A stretch of DNA of 13,085 nt from Vulcanimicrobiota bacterium (GCA_003133025.1 PKZK01000164.1:1-13085); one strand, 5' to 3'; shown: positions 1-7,938, counted from the first letter of the stretch. Made by a program: numbers and translations. Notes: a model not told the origin generated them from the letters alone.

Positions 1-162
1 CTCGGTGGTCACCGTCAACGACTCGGAATCGCTCGGGCTCACGCCGGCGACACTACCCGGCACGAGCAGCGTGACGCCGAAGAACAGCACGAGCAAACAG
101 TGCAGCAGGACGGACAACGCATAGGCGAATGCGTATCGACGCGCCGGCCGGTCGCGATGCAT
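1..162 (-). CDS. N-terminus (partial, runs off window) of a membrane-anchored protein, probably TonB/energy-transducer family
   Basis: Not in the ORF track. Manual translation from ATG 162-160 gives MHRDRPARRYAFAYALSVLLHCLLVLFFGVTLLVPGSVAGVSPSDSESLTVTTE, open to position 1. It has a basic N-terminus and one hydrophobic helix carrying S-x3-H (SVLLH), the TonB/TolA anchor motif. Confidence 0.6.
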   Translation of the reverse strand, partial: MHRDRPARRYAFAYALSVLLHCLLVLFFGVTLLVPGSVAGVSPSDSESLTVTTE

Positions 163-216
163 CGACGCTGCTTCGCGCCGGGCGGGCTCGCTCCGCTTTG
201 AACGGCGAAGTTTGGC

Positions 217-1212
217 TCAGGCTACGTTGCTCGCGCGCGCTCCTTCGCTTTCTTCGTGCACGGCCGGCGCCACGATAGGCTCGGCGACCCCGTCGAGAAA
301 CCTCGTGACGCGCCGTTCGAAGCCGTCGGGATCGGCCTCGAAGGCGCGGATGTGGCCGGCGCGGTCCGCAAACCACACGCCGCGACGCTCGCGGCGCAAA
401 CTGCAGCGATCGAAGAGTCGCCGGGTCATCGCGGGTGCGGTGGTCGTGTCGGCGAGACATCCGATGAAGAGCATGCGCGGATCGCCCGCGATGCGCTCGG
501 CCGACTCGAGCGGAATCATGGTCGCGCGCGTCTTCGGAAAAAATTGCCACAGGACGTCGAGCGCGAAGCGGCCCCAAGGGAAGCGCGCGTAGAATTCCTG
601 CGGCGTCGTAAACGGACACTCCAGCACGAGCGATTCGAACGGGTGCTCGCGCGTCGCCGCACAGATGCTCCAGCCCGCGCCGAACGATGCGGCCACCACG
701 TGTACGGGCAGCCCGCCCGCGATGCGCCGCGCGAATTCGCCCGCGGCCAGCACGTCGAGCGGATAGTTGAAATTGCCCTGCGGGCTCTCGCCGAAACCGT
801 TGAAGTCGAAGAGCAACACGTCGTACCCGTGACGGCGTAACATCTCGGCTCGACCCGATGCGAGAAAATACCCTTTGGCGCTGCGCCGCATCGGATGCGC
901 GCAGACGACGACGCCCTTGGAGCGGCCGTGCGCGCAGGCGAAGAGCCCGGCCAACAGCGCGCCGCTGCGGCTCGGAATGTCGACGGGCTCCCACGGCCGG
1001 CGATCGACGCCGGAGGGCCACTGCCAGCCGACCATGTACTTCGCAAAGAGCGGCTTCTTCAAGAGGCCGTAGATCCCGGCGTGCAACGAACCGGCTCGCG
1101 TAGGCCGAGCCCGTTCGGCGAGCCGGTCGGGAATCGCGGCCACTATGGCATCGATGTATCCGTCGAAGGCGCTATCGGCGCGATCTCCATCGCGTTGCGG
1201 TCGTGCTCGCAT
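217..1212 (-). CDS. Alpha/beta-fold hydrolase (Hydrolase_4/FrsA-like), ~331 aa
   Basis: Motifs GVVVCAHPM, GYDVLLFDFNGFGES, nucleophile elbow VAASFGAG, acid candidate CLADTT and His in AGHIRAF. Start moved from 1314 to ATG 1212 (MRARPQ...), which has a G-rich stretch upstream and leaves room for a divergent promoter region. Confidence 0.85.
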   Translation of the reverse strand: MRARPQRDGDRADSAFDGYIDAIVAAIPDRLAERARPTRAGSLHAGIYGLLKKPLFAKYMVGWQWPSGVDRRPWEPVDIPSRSGALLAGLFACAHGRSKGVVVCAHPMRRSAKGYFLASGRAEMLRRHGYDVLLFDFNGFGESPQGNFNYPLDVLAAGEFARRIAGGLPVHVVAASFGAGWSICAATREHPFESLVLECPFTTPQEFYARFPWGRFALDVLWQFFPKTRATMIPLESAERIAGDPRMLFIGCLADTTTAPAMTRRLFDRCSLRRERRGVWFADRAGHIRAFEADPDGFERRVTRFLDGVAEPIVAPAVHEESEGARASNVA

Positions 1213-1265
1213 CCCGTTACCCCCACAAGGCGTGCTTTGCTGGGTCGAGCGTAGCGCAGCAGAGC

Positions 1266-1295
1266 TTGCCGGGGTACTAGGGGAATCCCCACAAT
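1266..1295 (+). promoter_or_regulatory. Possible sigma70-type promoter for the beta-lactamase gene
   Basis: TTGCCG (1266-1271), 18-nt spacer, CACAAT (1290-1295), ending 27 nt upstream of ATG 1323. The spacer contains the near-palindrome GGGGAATCCCC (1280-1290). Motif resemblance only. Confidence 0.3.
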
Positions 1296-1322
1296 ACCAC
1301 ACCGTCGGGGGCAACGATACGC

Positions 1323-2168
1323 ATGCTACGCGTCGCTTTTATCACCGGAGCCGCCGCCGGCGCCGCCTTTCCGGGCGCTGCGGCGGACCGGCCGGCAGCG
1401 CTCGAACGGCGCGTAGGCGGCAGGCTCGGCGTGTTCGCGCTGGATACCGCGAGCGGCGCAACGCTCGCGCACCGCGCCGACGAACGCTTTCCGATGTGCA
1501 GCACGTTCAAAGTGCTCGCGGTCTCCACGGTGCTGACTCGCGTCGACGCGGGGCGCGAGCACCTCGACCGGCGCATCGCTTACGGCCCGGGCGAACTGTT
1601 GAGTTATGCACCGCAGACGCGCAGAAACGTGCGCCGGGGTTGGATGACCGTGGCCGAACTCTGTTCGGCGGCGCTGGTCTGGAGCGATAACACGGCGGCG
1701 AATCTGCTGACCGCCGCAGCCGGCGGCCCGCCCGCCGTCACGCGTTACGCGCGCTCGCTCGACGACCGCCTCACGCGGCTCGACCGCTACGAACCCGCGA
1801 TGAGTTCCTCGATTCCCGGCGATCGGCGGGACACGACGACCCCGCGCGCGATGGTGCGCGACTGGCAAAGACTCCTATGCGGCGACGCGTTGAGCCGCGC
1901 ATCGCGGTCGTTGCTCGAGGGCGCTCTCGTCGCGTGCCGGACGGGCGACGAGCGCATCCGCGCGGGCCTCCCGCACGCGTGGCGCGCGGGTGACAAAACG
2001 GGCTCGGGCACGCACGGCACGAGCAACGACGTCGCAATCCTCTGGCCGCCCAAGCGAGCGCCGATCGTGGTTGCGGCTTACCTCACCGGTGCGACGGCCG
2101 GCGAGGACGCGCGGAACGCCGTGCTCGCGGCGGTCGGCCGTCTCGTGGTCGCGCACTTCACGAACTGA
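1323..2168 (+). CDS. bla: Class A serine beta-lactamase, 281 aa, with N-terminal export signal
   Basis: ERFPMCSTFK (S70-x-x-K73; Ser codon 1500-1502), SDN loop, omega-loop TRLDRYEP (E166, 1791-1793), DTTTP, and DKTGSG (KTG, 1995-2003). An in-frame TAG at 1278-1280 fixes the start at ATG 1323. Confidence 0.95.
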   Translation: MLRVAFITGAAAGAAFPGAAADRPAALERRVGGRLGVFALDTASGATLAHRADERFPMCSTFKVLAVSTVLTRVDAGREHLDRRIAYGPGELLSYAPQTRRNVRRGWMTVAELCSAALVWSDNTAANLLTAAAGGPPAVTRYARSLDDRLTRLDRYEPAMSSSIPGDRRDTTTPRAMVRDWQRLLCGDALSRASRSLLEGALVACRTGDERIRAGLPHAWRAGDKTGSGTHGTSNDVAILWPPKRAPIVVAAYLTGATAGEDARNAVLAAVGRLVVAHFTN

Positions 2169-2273
2169 GCGCGCAACAAATGTTCGCGCGCGCAGGCCGC
2201 GCGCGGTGACATACTTTCACGCGACGGCGACGGAGAGGTGGGCTGCGACACCCGCTCCGAAGCGAAACGGGTC

Positions 2274-3707
2274 ATGCTCGATTTCGCGCGCAAACGCACC
2301 AAGATCGTCGCCACGATCGGCCCGGCATCGCGCGACCCGCACATCTTGCGCGCGCTCGTGGTCGGCGGCGCAAACGTCATGCGTCTCAACTTCTCGCACG
2401 GCACGCACGACGAACACGGACGCACGATCGACGACATCCGCATGGTCGCCGCCGACTTGGGCGTGCACGTCGCGGTGCTGCAAGACCTGCCCGGCCCCAA
2501 GGTTCGCACGGGGTCGCTCGCCGGCCAACGCGAGTCGGTGCATCTCGAGCGCGGCGCGGATTTCGATTTGGTCACGCAGCAAGTGCCGGGAACCGAGCGC
2601 GAAGTGTCGGTCAGCTATACGGGCCTGCCGCAAGACGTGGAAGAGGGCAAGCGGATCTACCTGGCCGACGGCGCGATCGCGTTGCGCGTCACCGGAACCT
2701 CGCTCGACCGGATCACGACCGTCGTCGAAGTCGGCGGCGAGTTACGCGGCACGCAGGGCATCAACTATCCCGACGGCTCGCTGGCGCTCGACGCGGTCAC
2801 GGATCGCGACTTCGAACACTTGGCCTTCGGGCTCGAGAAGGGCGTCGACGCCGTCGCCGTCTCGTTCGTGCGCACCGCTCACGACGTCGAGAAGGTGCAA
2901 CGCTATATCGCCGAGCGCGGGCGGCGCATTCCGGTCATCGCGAAGATCGAGAAGCACGAAGCGCTCGACCGGATCGACGAGATCATCGATACCGCCGACG
3001 CGATCATGGTCGCCCGCGGCGACTTGGGCATCGAGATTCCGCTCGAAGCGGTGCCGCTCGTGCAAAAGGACTTGATCGCGCGCGCCAACCGCGTTTCCAA
3101 ACCGGTGATCACCGCCACCCAGATGCTCGAATCGATGATTTCGAGCCCGCGGCCCACGCGCGCCGAAACCAGCGACGTCGCCAACGCGATCGTCGACGGC
3201 ACCGACGCCGTCATGCTTTCGGGCGAGACCGCGCGCGGGCGCTATCCGGTCGAGGCCGTGCGCTTCATGGCCACGATCGCGGAGCAAGTCGAGCGCACCT
3301 ATCCGCACGACGAACTCGCCGGCCGGCGCATCGGTTTCGCGCCGCTGCAACCCGCGAGCGCGATCGCGGCCGCCGCGGCGCGCGTGACCGAGGAACTGGG
3401 CCTGACGCTTATCGTCACCGGCACCACGACCGGCAACACCGCGATGCATATCGCTTCGTTCCGCCCGCGGGCGCGCATCGTGGCCATGACGCCCTTGGCC
3501 GAAGTCGCGCGGAGCCTGGCCTTCGTCTGGGGCGTCGAAACGCTGGTCGTGGAGAAGTATCGCTACTTCGAGTCCCTGATCGACATCGTGGAGGCCCGCG
3601 TGCTGCGCGAAGGCTTGGCCAAGAGCGGCGACACGATCGTGATCACCTCGGGCATGCCCGTCGGCGAAGGGGGCACCAACGTCTTGAAGATCCACGAACT
3701 GCCCTAA
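2274..3707 (+). CDS. pyk: Pyruvate kinase
   Basis: Motifs RTKIVATIGPAS, RLNFSHG, DLPGPKVR, IAKIEK, IMVARGDLGIE, ATQMLESM, PTRAETSDVANA, DAVMLSGETARG and C-terminal GTNVLKI. ATG 2274 is preferred over GTG 2238 because homologues usually start a few residues before RTKIV. Confidence 0.97.
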   Translation: MLDFARKRTKIVATIGPASRDPHILRALVVGGANVMRLNFSHGTHDEHGRTIDDIRMVAADLGVHVAVLQDLPGPKVRTGSLAGQRESVHLERGADFDLVTQQVPGTEREVSVSYTGLPQDVEEGKRIYLADGAIALRVTGTSLDRITTVVEVGGELRGTQGINYPDGSLALDAVTDRDFEHLAFGLEKGVDAVAVSFVRTAHDVEKVQRYIAERGRRIPVIAKIEKHEALDRIDEIIDTADAIMVARGDLGIEIPLEAVPLVQKDLIARANRVSKPVITATQMLESMISSPRPTRAETSDVANAIVDGTDAVMLSGETARGRYPVEAVRFMATIAEQVERTYPHDELAGRRIGFAPLQPASAIAAAAARVTEELGLTLIVTGTTTGNTAMHIASFRPRARIVAMTPLAEVARSLAFVWGVETLVVEKYRYFESLIDIVEARVLREGLAKSGDTIVITSGMPVGEGGTNVLKIHELP

Positions 3708-3725
3708 CGGCCGGACGCGAGCTCC

Positions 3726-4697
3726 TCAGGTCGCGCCGATCAGCGCGCAAAACGTCGAGAGTTCGATGTTGCCGCCCGAGACGATCGCGACGATCGGACC
3801 GCGTCCGGCTTTTCCGCTCAAGGCCGCGGCCACGGCGAGCGCGCCCGCGCCTTCGGCGATCACCCGCGCTTTCTCGGCCAGCAACCGCATCGCGGCTTTC
3901 GTTTCGTCGAGCGTGACCACGATGGAATCGTCGATCAAGGGACGCATGCGTTCCCACATGCGCGGGAAGACGCTCTTGCCGCCGGCGCCGTCGACGAACG
4001 ACGCCTGCCAACCATCGAAGATCGAGGCCGCGCCGTTGGCGAGCGAGAGCGCCGCGGGCGCGGCCGTCTCCGGCTCCACGCCGACGATGCGCACGCCGGG
4101 CTTGCGCGCGCGAACGCCGGAGGCGACGCCGGTCAAGAGGCCGCCGCCGCCGACCGCAGCGACGACCGTCTGAACGCCGGGCAAATCTTCGACGATCTCC
4201 AAACCCATCGTCGCGTTACCCGCGATGAAATCGTCGTCGTCGAACGGATGCACGAACGTGCCTTCCACGCCGGGAAACGAGCGGCGTTCCATCGCGTCCC
4301 AACACGCGTCGAACGGGGCTTTGACCAAGCGCGCGCCGAGCGCGCGCATGCGCTCCACCTTCGTTTCCGGTGCCGTCTCGATCACGACGACGGTGCACGG
4401 TACGCCCGCAGCGCGGGCGGCGTAGGCCACTCCTTGCCCCGCATTGCCGGCGCTGATCGTCCAGACGCCGAGCGAGCGGCGTGCGGGCGAGAGCAGCGCG
4501 ACCGCGTTCGCGGCGCCGCGCAACTTGAACGCGTTGATCGGCTGCAGGTTCTCCAATTTCACGTAGATCTGCGGGCCGTCGTCGCCGGTCTGCAAGCGCA
4601 CCAGCGGGGTGCGCACGATCGTCCCGGCGATGCGCGCGCGGGCGGCTTCGATCGCTTCGCTCGAGATGGGCGCGACGGCCGCAAGCGTTTCGCTCAT
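3726..4697 (-). CDS. PLP-dependent serine/threonine dehydratase family enzyme (fold type II), no regulatory ACT domain, ~323 aa
   Basis: RTPL, KLENLQPINAFKLRGA (PLP Lys codon 4526-4524), SAGNAGQG, HPFDD, VGGGGL, GVEP, EGAGA and SGGN. Start ATG 4697 overlaps the TGA of the upstream gene (ATGA). Confidence 0.9.
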   Translation of the reverse strand: MSETLAAVAPISSEAIEAARARIAGTIVRTPLVRLQTGDDGPQIYVKLENLQPINAFKLRGAANAVALLSPARRSLGVWTISAGNAGQGVAYAARAAGVPCTVVVIETAPETKVERMRALGARLVKAPFDACWDAMERRSFPGVEGTFVHPFDDDDFIAGNATMGLEIVEDLPGVQTVVAAVGGGGLLTGVASGVRARKPGVRIVGVEPETAAPAALSLANGAASIFDGWQASFVDGAGGKSVFPRMWERMRPLIDDSIVVTLDETKAAMRLLAEKARVIAEGAGALAVAAALSGKAGRGPIVAIVSGGNIELSTFCALIGAT

Positions 4698-5197
4698 GCG
4701 AAAAGCGACGCCGACGGAACGAGCGCGACGCCTCGCGCGAGCGCGCCGGCATGCATCGCAGCGCGAATCTCTTCCTCGCTGCGTCCCTGCGATGCGTACG
4801 TGGCGTGCGCGTCCTCGACGAGCGTCACGCGATAGCCGCGACCTTCGGCCCCGCGCACCGTCGCATCGACGCAAAAATCGGTTTGCATGCCCGTCGCGAT
4901 CACGTGCTCGACGCCGAGGCGGCCGAGCACGTCGGCCAAGACCGTCTCGCGGAATGCGTCGCCGTGCTCCTTATCGACGATCGTCTCACCGGCGCGCGGT
5001 GCGATCTCACGCGAAATCTCCCAGCCCGGGCCCCCGGGGCTCACGCCGGCGTCGCGCACGTAGACGACCGGCACGTTCGCGCCGCGCGCGCGGTCGATGA
5101 GCGCCGCGAGCCGCGCGAGAAACTCTTGGCGCCGAGCCGGAGCTAGTTCGTCGGTGAGTTCCTGCTGGACGTCGATCACCAGCAATACGTCGGACAC
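4694..5197 (-). CDS. Isochorismatase-family cysteine hydrolase, 167 aa
   Basis: Asp-Lys-Cys triad motifs LLVIDVQ, IVDKEHGDAF and TGMQTDFCV, plus GYRVTLVEDAH. GTG start with GAGG just upstream. Confidence 0.92.
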   Translation of the reverse strand: MSDVLLVIDVQQELTDELAPARRQEFLARLAALIDRARGANVPVVYVRDAGVSPGGPGWEISREIAPRAGETIVDKEHGDAFRETVLADVLGRLGVEHVIATGMQTDFCVDATVRGAEGRGYRVTLVEDAHATYASQGRSEEEIRAAMHAGALARGVALVPSASLFA

Positions 5198-5207
5198 GCG
5201 GGCAGCC

Positions 5208-6572
5208 TCAGTCGTCGTCGGGCGGGCGGCGGTCGTAGGGCAAGTTCTCGAAGAAGGCGGGCGTGTACATCGTGCCCACCGGCACGTACGTCCGCGGACT
5301 CTGCGAGAAGTCGAAAGCCGCCGGATCGTCGGCGGGGTCGTTGGCGCGCGTATCGCTTGCGGCCATCTGGGCCAGACCGTACTGATCTTCGATGAATTTG
5401 AGGATGCTGCCCGTTTCGTATTGCACGTGCGTTACCGAGCCCTGCTTGGCATACGGCGAGATGATCAGCAGCGGCACGCGAAAGCCGAGACCGTCGTAAT
5501 CCTTGTACGGCGGCGGGACGTGATCGTAGAGGCCGCCCCAATCGTCCCACATCACGAAGACCGCGGTCGTATCCCAGAACTGGCTCGAGCCGATCGCGTT
5601 GACCAGCGTCGAAACCCACATCGGGCCCTTGTCGCCGCCGCAATTGACGTGATCAGACGTCTCGCACACGGGCGTAATCCAGGTGACGTTGGCCAACTCA
5701 CCGTCGGAGAGATCGGTGAAAAACTGCGTCTGCGGCGTAATCACGTCCTTGGCCCAGTCCGGACCGTAACGGATGTGATCGACGGCTTGATACCCCGACC
5801 ACTCGCCGCCGTCGTCATCGATCGTGCTCGTGTAGAAGCGCCAGGTCAGGTTGGCGTTGTCCAGCTCGTCGCCGAGCGTCGTGTAGTTGAAGCAGGCTTG
5901 GACCGGCGCTCCGTACGTTCTGTTCTTATTCAACGTCGTGACCGTGTCGCTCGCGCCGCCGTCGCAGCCCCAAACGCCCCCGGGCAGGTTCACCGCCGAG
6001 GCGGCTTGCGCCGCGATGATGTACTGGTGCGAGACGAAGCTCTCGTCGAGATGCGACTGAAACATGCGGTCGCCCAACACGAACTCGCCGGCCAACGCGA
6101 AGTACGGCTTCGTCTGCTCGTGCGGCACGTACACGTACTCGGGGTACTTGGGCCCGCCGTACGAACCGACGAGGTTGAAGGCGTCCATCTTACAGTCGCG
6201 CCCGGGCGACTTCCCGTCGCAGGCCGCAAACATCCCGGTCGCCGAGTGATCGAGCACGTATTGATCCTGGAGGTCGACCGGTTGCAGCTTGACCCTCTGG
6301 CCCGTTGAGATCTTCCCCGAGGATACCGTATCGGCTCCCGGATAGCCGTGGAACAAATTATCGAAGGTCCGGTTTTCCTGAACGATGATCACGACGTGCT
6401 GAATCTTGCCGCTCGCCGCGTGACGGTCGAAGGCGGCGGGAGGAACGAAGGGCACGTGAGAGGAGTCGACCGGGGTGAGCTTCGGTGACGAACTCACGGT
6501 CGCGCAGCCCGCAGCCAGCGCGAGCGCGAAAAGACCCGTCGCAGCGCGCCCGGCTGCCCGCAAACGATTCAC
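5208..6572 (-). CDS. Lipoprotein phosphoesterase (phospholipase C/AcpA acid phosphatase family), copy B, 454 aa
   Basis: Lipobox LAAG-C, IQHVVIIVQENRTFDNLF, putative nucleophile Ser in DESFVSH (codon 6041-6039), SDH, WDDWGGLYDHVPPP, GFRVPLLIISPYAK, SILKFIE; ends PPDDD. Confidence 0.92.
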   Translation of the reverse strand: MNRLRAAGRAATGLFALALAAGCATVSSSPKLTPVDSSHVPFVPPAAFDRHAASGKIQHVVIIVQENRTFDNLFHGYPGADTVSSGKISTGQRVKLQPVDLQDQYVLDHSATGMFAACDGKSPGRDCKMDAFNLVGSYGGPKYPEYVYVPHEQTKPYFALAGEFVLGDRMFQSHLDESFVSHQYIIAAQAASAVNLPGGVWGCDGGASDTVTTLNKNRTYGAPVQACFNYTTLGDELDNANLTWRFYTSTIDDDGGEWSGYQAVDHIRYGPDWAKDVITPQTQFFTDLSDGELANVTWITPVCETSDHVNCGGDKGPMWVSTLVNAIGSSQFWDTTAVFVMWDDWGGLYDHVPPPYKDYDGLGFRVPLLIISPYAKQGSVTHVQYETGSILKFIEDQYGLAQMAASDTRANDPADDPAAFDFSQSPRTYVPVGTMYTPAFFENLPYDRRPPDDD

Positions 6573-7900
6573 CTCAGTCGTCGTCGGGCGGACGATGATC
6601 GACGGGCAAGTTCTTGAAGAATTCCGGCGTGTACATCGTGCCCACCGGCACGTACGTCCGCGGACTCTGCGAGAAGTCGAAGGCCGCCGCGTCTTTGGCC
6701 GGATCGTTGGCCCGCTTGTCGCTCGCGGCCATCTGGGGCAGTCCGTACTGATCCTCGATGAACTTGAGGATGCTGGCGGTCTCGTACTGCTTGTGCGTCA
6801 CCGCGCCCGCCTTCGCGTACGGCGAGATCATCAACAGCGGCACGCGGAAGCCGAGCCCGTCGTAATCCTCATAGGGCGGCGGCACGTGATCGTAGAGCCC
6901 GCCCCAATCGTCCCACATCACGAAGACGGCGGTCGTACTCCAGAACTGACTGGAGCCGATCGCGTTGACGAGCGTCGACACCCACGACGGGCCCATGTCG
7001 CCTCCGCAATTCACGTGATCGGAGGTGGCGCAGGTGGGCGTGATCCAGGTGACGTTGGCCAGTTCGCCGTTGGAGAGGTCGGTGAAGAACTGCGTTTGCG
7101 GCGTGATGACGTCTTTTGCCCAATCCGGCCCGAAGCGGATGTGATCGACGGCCTGATAGCCCGACCATTCGCCGCCGTCGTTGTCGATCGTGCTCGTATA
7201 GAAGCGCCAGGTCAGGTTTGCGTTATCCAACTCGTCGCCGAGCGTCGTGTAGTTGAAACAGGCCTCGACCGGCGCTCCGTACGTTCTGTTCTTATTCAAC
7301 GTCGTGACCGTGTCGCTCGGGCCGCCGTCGCAGCCCCACACGCCCCCGGGCAGATTCACCGCCGAGGCGGCCTGTGCGGCGATGATGTATTGGTGCGAGA
7401 CGAAGCTTTCGTCCAAGTGCGATTGGAACATGTGGTCGGCCAGCACGAACTCGCCGGCCAGCGCGAAGTAGGGCTTGGTCTGCTCGTGCGGCACGTACAC
7501 GTATTCGGGGTATTTCGGTCCGCCGTACGATTCGACCTTATCGAAGGCGTCCATCTTGCATTTGCGGCCCGGCGAGCTGCCGTCGCACGCCGTGAACATG
7601 CCCGTTGCCGAATGATCCAGGACGTACTGATCTTGGAGATCGATCGGCTGCAGCTTGACGGTCTCTCCCGTCGAGATCTTGCCCGAAGCAACCGTATCGG
7701 CGCCGGGATACCCCTGGAACAGATTATCGAACGTCCGATTCTCCTGGACGATGATCACCACGTGTTGGATCTTGCCCGTCGCGGCGTGATTGTCGAAGGC
7801 AGCCGGCGGCACCAAGGGCACGTGCGAAGACTCGACCGGCGTGAGCTTGGGCCCGGAACTCGCCGTCGCGCACCCGGCGAGCAGGGCGAACGCGAAAAGA
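5208..7900. repeat. Tandem gene duplication: 5208-6534 and 6574-7900
   Basis: Constant 1366-nt offset at every point checked, from the stop codon to the signal peptide. A manual count gave about 43 differences in the 432 mature residues (~90% aa identity). Confidence 0.95.
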
Positions 7901-7917
7901 GCCGAGAGTGTCCGCAC
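6574..7917 (-). CDS. Lipoprotein phosphoesterase (phospholipase C/AcpA acid phosphatase family), copy A, 447 aa
   Basis: Lipobox LLAG-C and the same motifs as copy B. An in-frame TGA five codons upstream fixes GTG 7917 as the start. Ends PPDDD. Confidence 0.92.
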   Translation of the reverse strand: MRTLSALFAFALLAGCATASSGPKLTPVESSHVPLVPPAAFDNHAATGKIQHVVIIVQENRTFDNLFQGYPGADTVASGKISTGETVKLQPIDLQDQYVLDHSATGMFTACDGSSPGRKCKMDAFDKVESYGGPKYPEYVYVPHEQTKPYFALAGEFVLADHMFQSHLDESFVSHQYIIAAQAASAVNLPGGVWGCDGGPSDTVTTLNKNRTYGAPVEACFNYTTLGDELDNANLTWRFYTSTIDNDGGEWSGYQAVDHIRFGPDWAKDVITPQTQFFTDLSNGELANVTWITPTCATSDHVNCGGDMGPSWVSTLVNAIGSSQFWSTTAVFVMWDDWGGLYDHVPPPYEDYDGLGFRVPLLMISPYAKAGAVTHKQYETASILKFIEDQYGLPQMAASDKRANDPAKDAAAFDFSQSPRTYVPVGTMYTPEFFKNLPVDHRPPDDD

Positions 7918-7938
7918 AGCGACCGTATTTCAACGCGA

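Noticed and set aside
2206..2220. CRP/Rex site upstream of pyk
   Set aside because: The spacer is 7 nt rather than 6 and the flanking T/A bases are missing.
1213..2273. Mobile-element context for the beta-lactamase
   Set aside because: No transposase, integrase, attC site or terminal repeats were seen. Composition matches the neighbours, so it appears to be a resident chromosomal gene.
3708..3725. Bidirectional terminator between convergent pyk and dehydratase genes
   Set aside because: The gap is only 18 nt, with no convincing stem or U-tract.
4698..4874. N-terminal extension of the dehydratase ORF to 4874
   Set aside because: It overlaps the cysteine hydrolase CDS. ATG 4697 gives an ATGA-coupled start at the family's usual N-terminus.
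53..5146. Alternative-frame ORFs over the hydrolase, bla, pyk and dehydratase (e.g. 53-1021, 1145-1690, 1990-3075, 2742-3695, 4248-4835)
   Set aside because: They overlap well-supported genes and are low-complexity Arg/Ala/Pro-rich translations typical of high-GC DNA.
5208..7900. CRISPR or non-coding repeat array explanation for the repeated sequence
   Set aside because: The repeats are two colinear coding paralogues, not short repeats with unique spacers.
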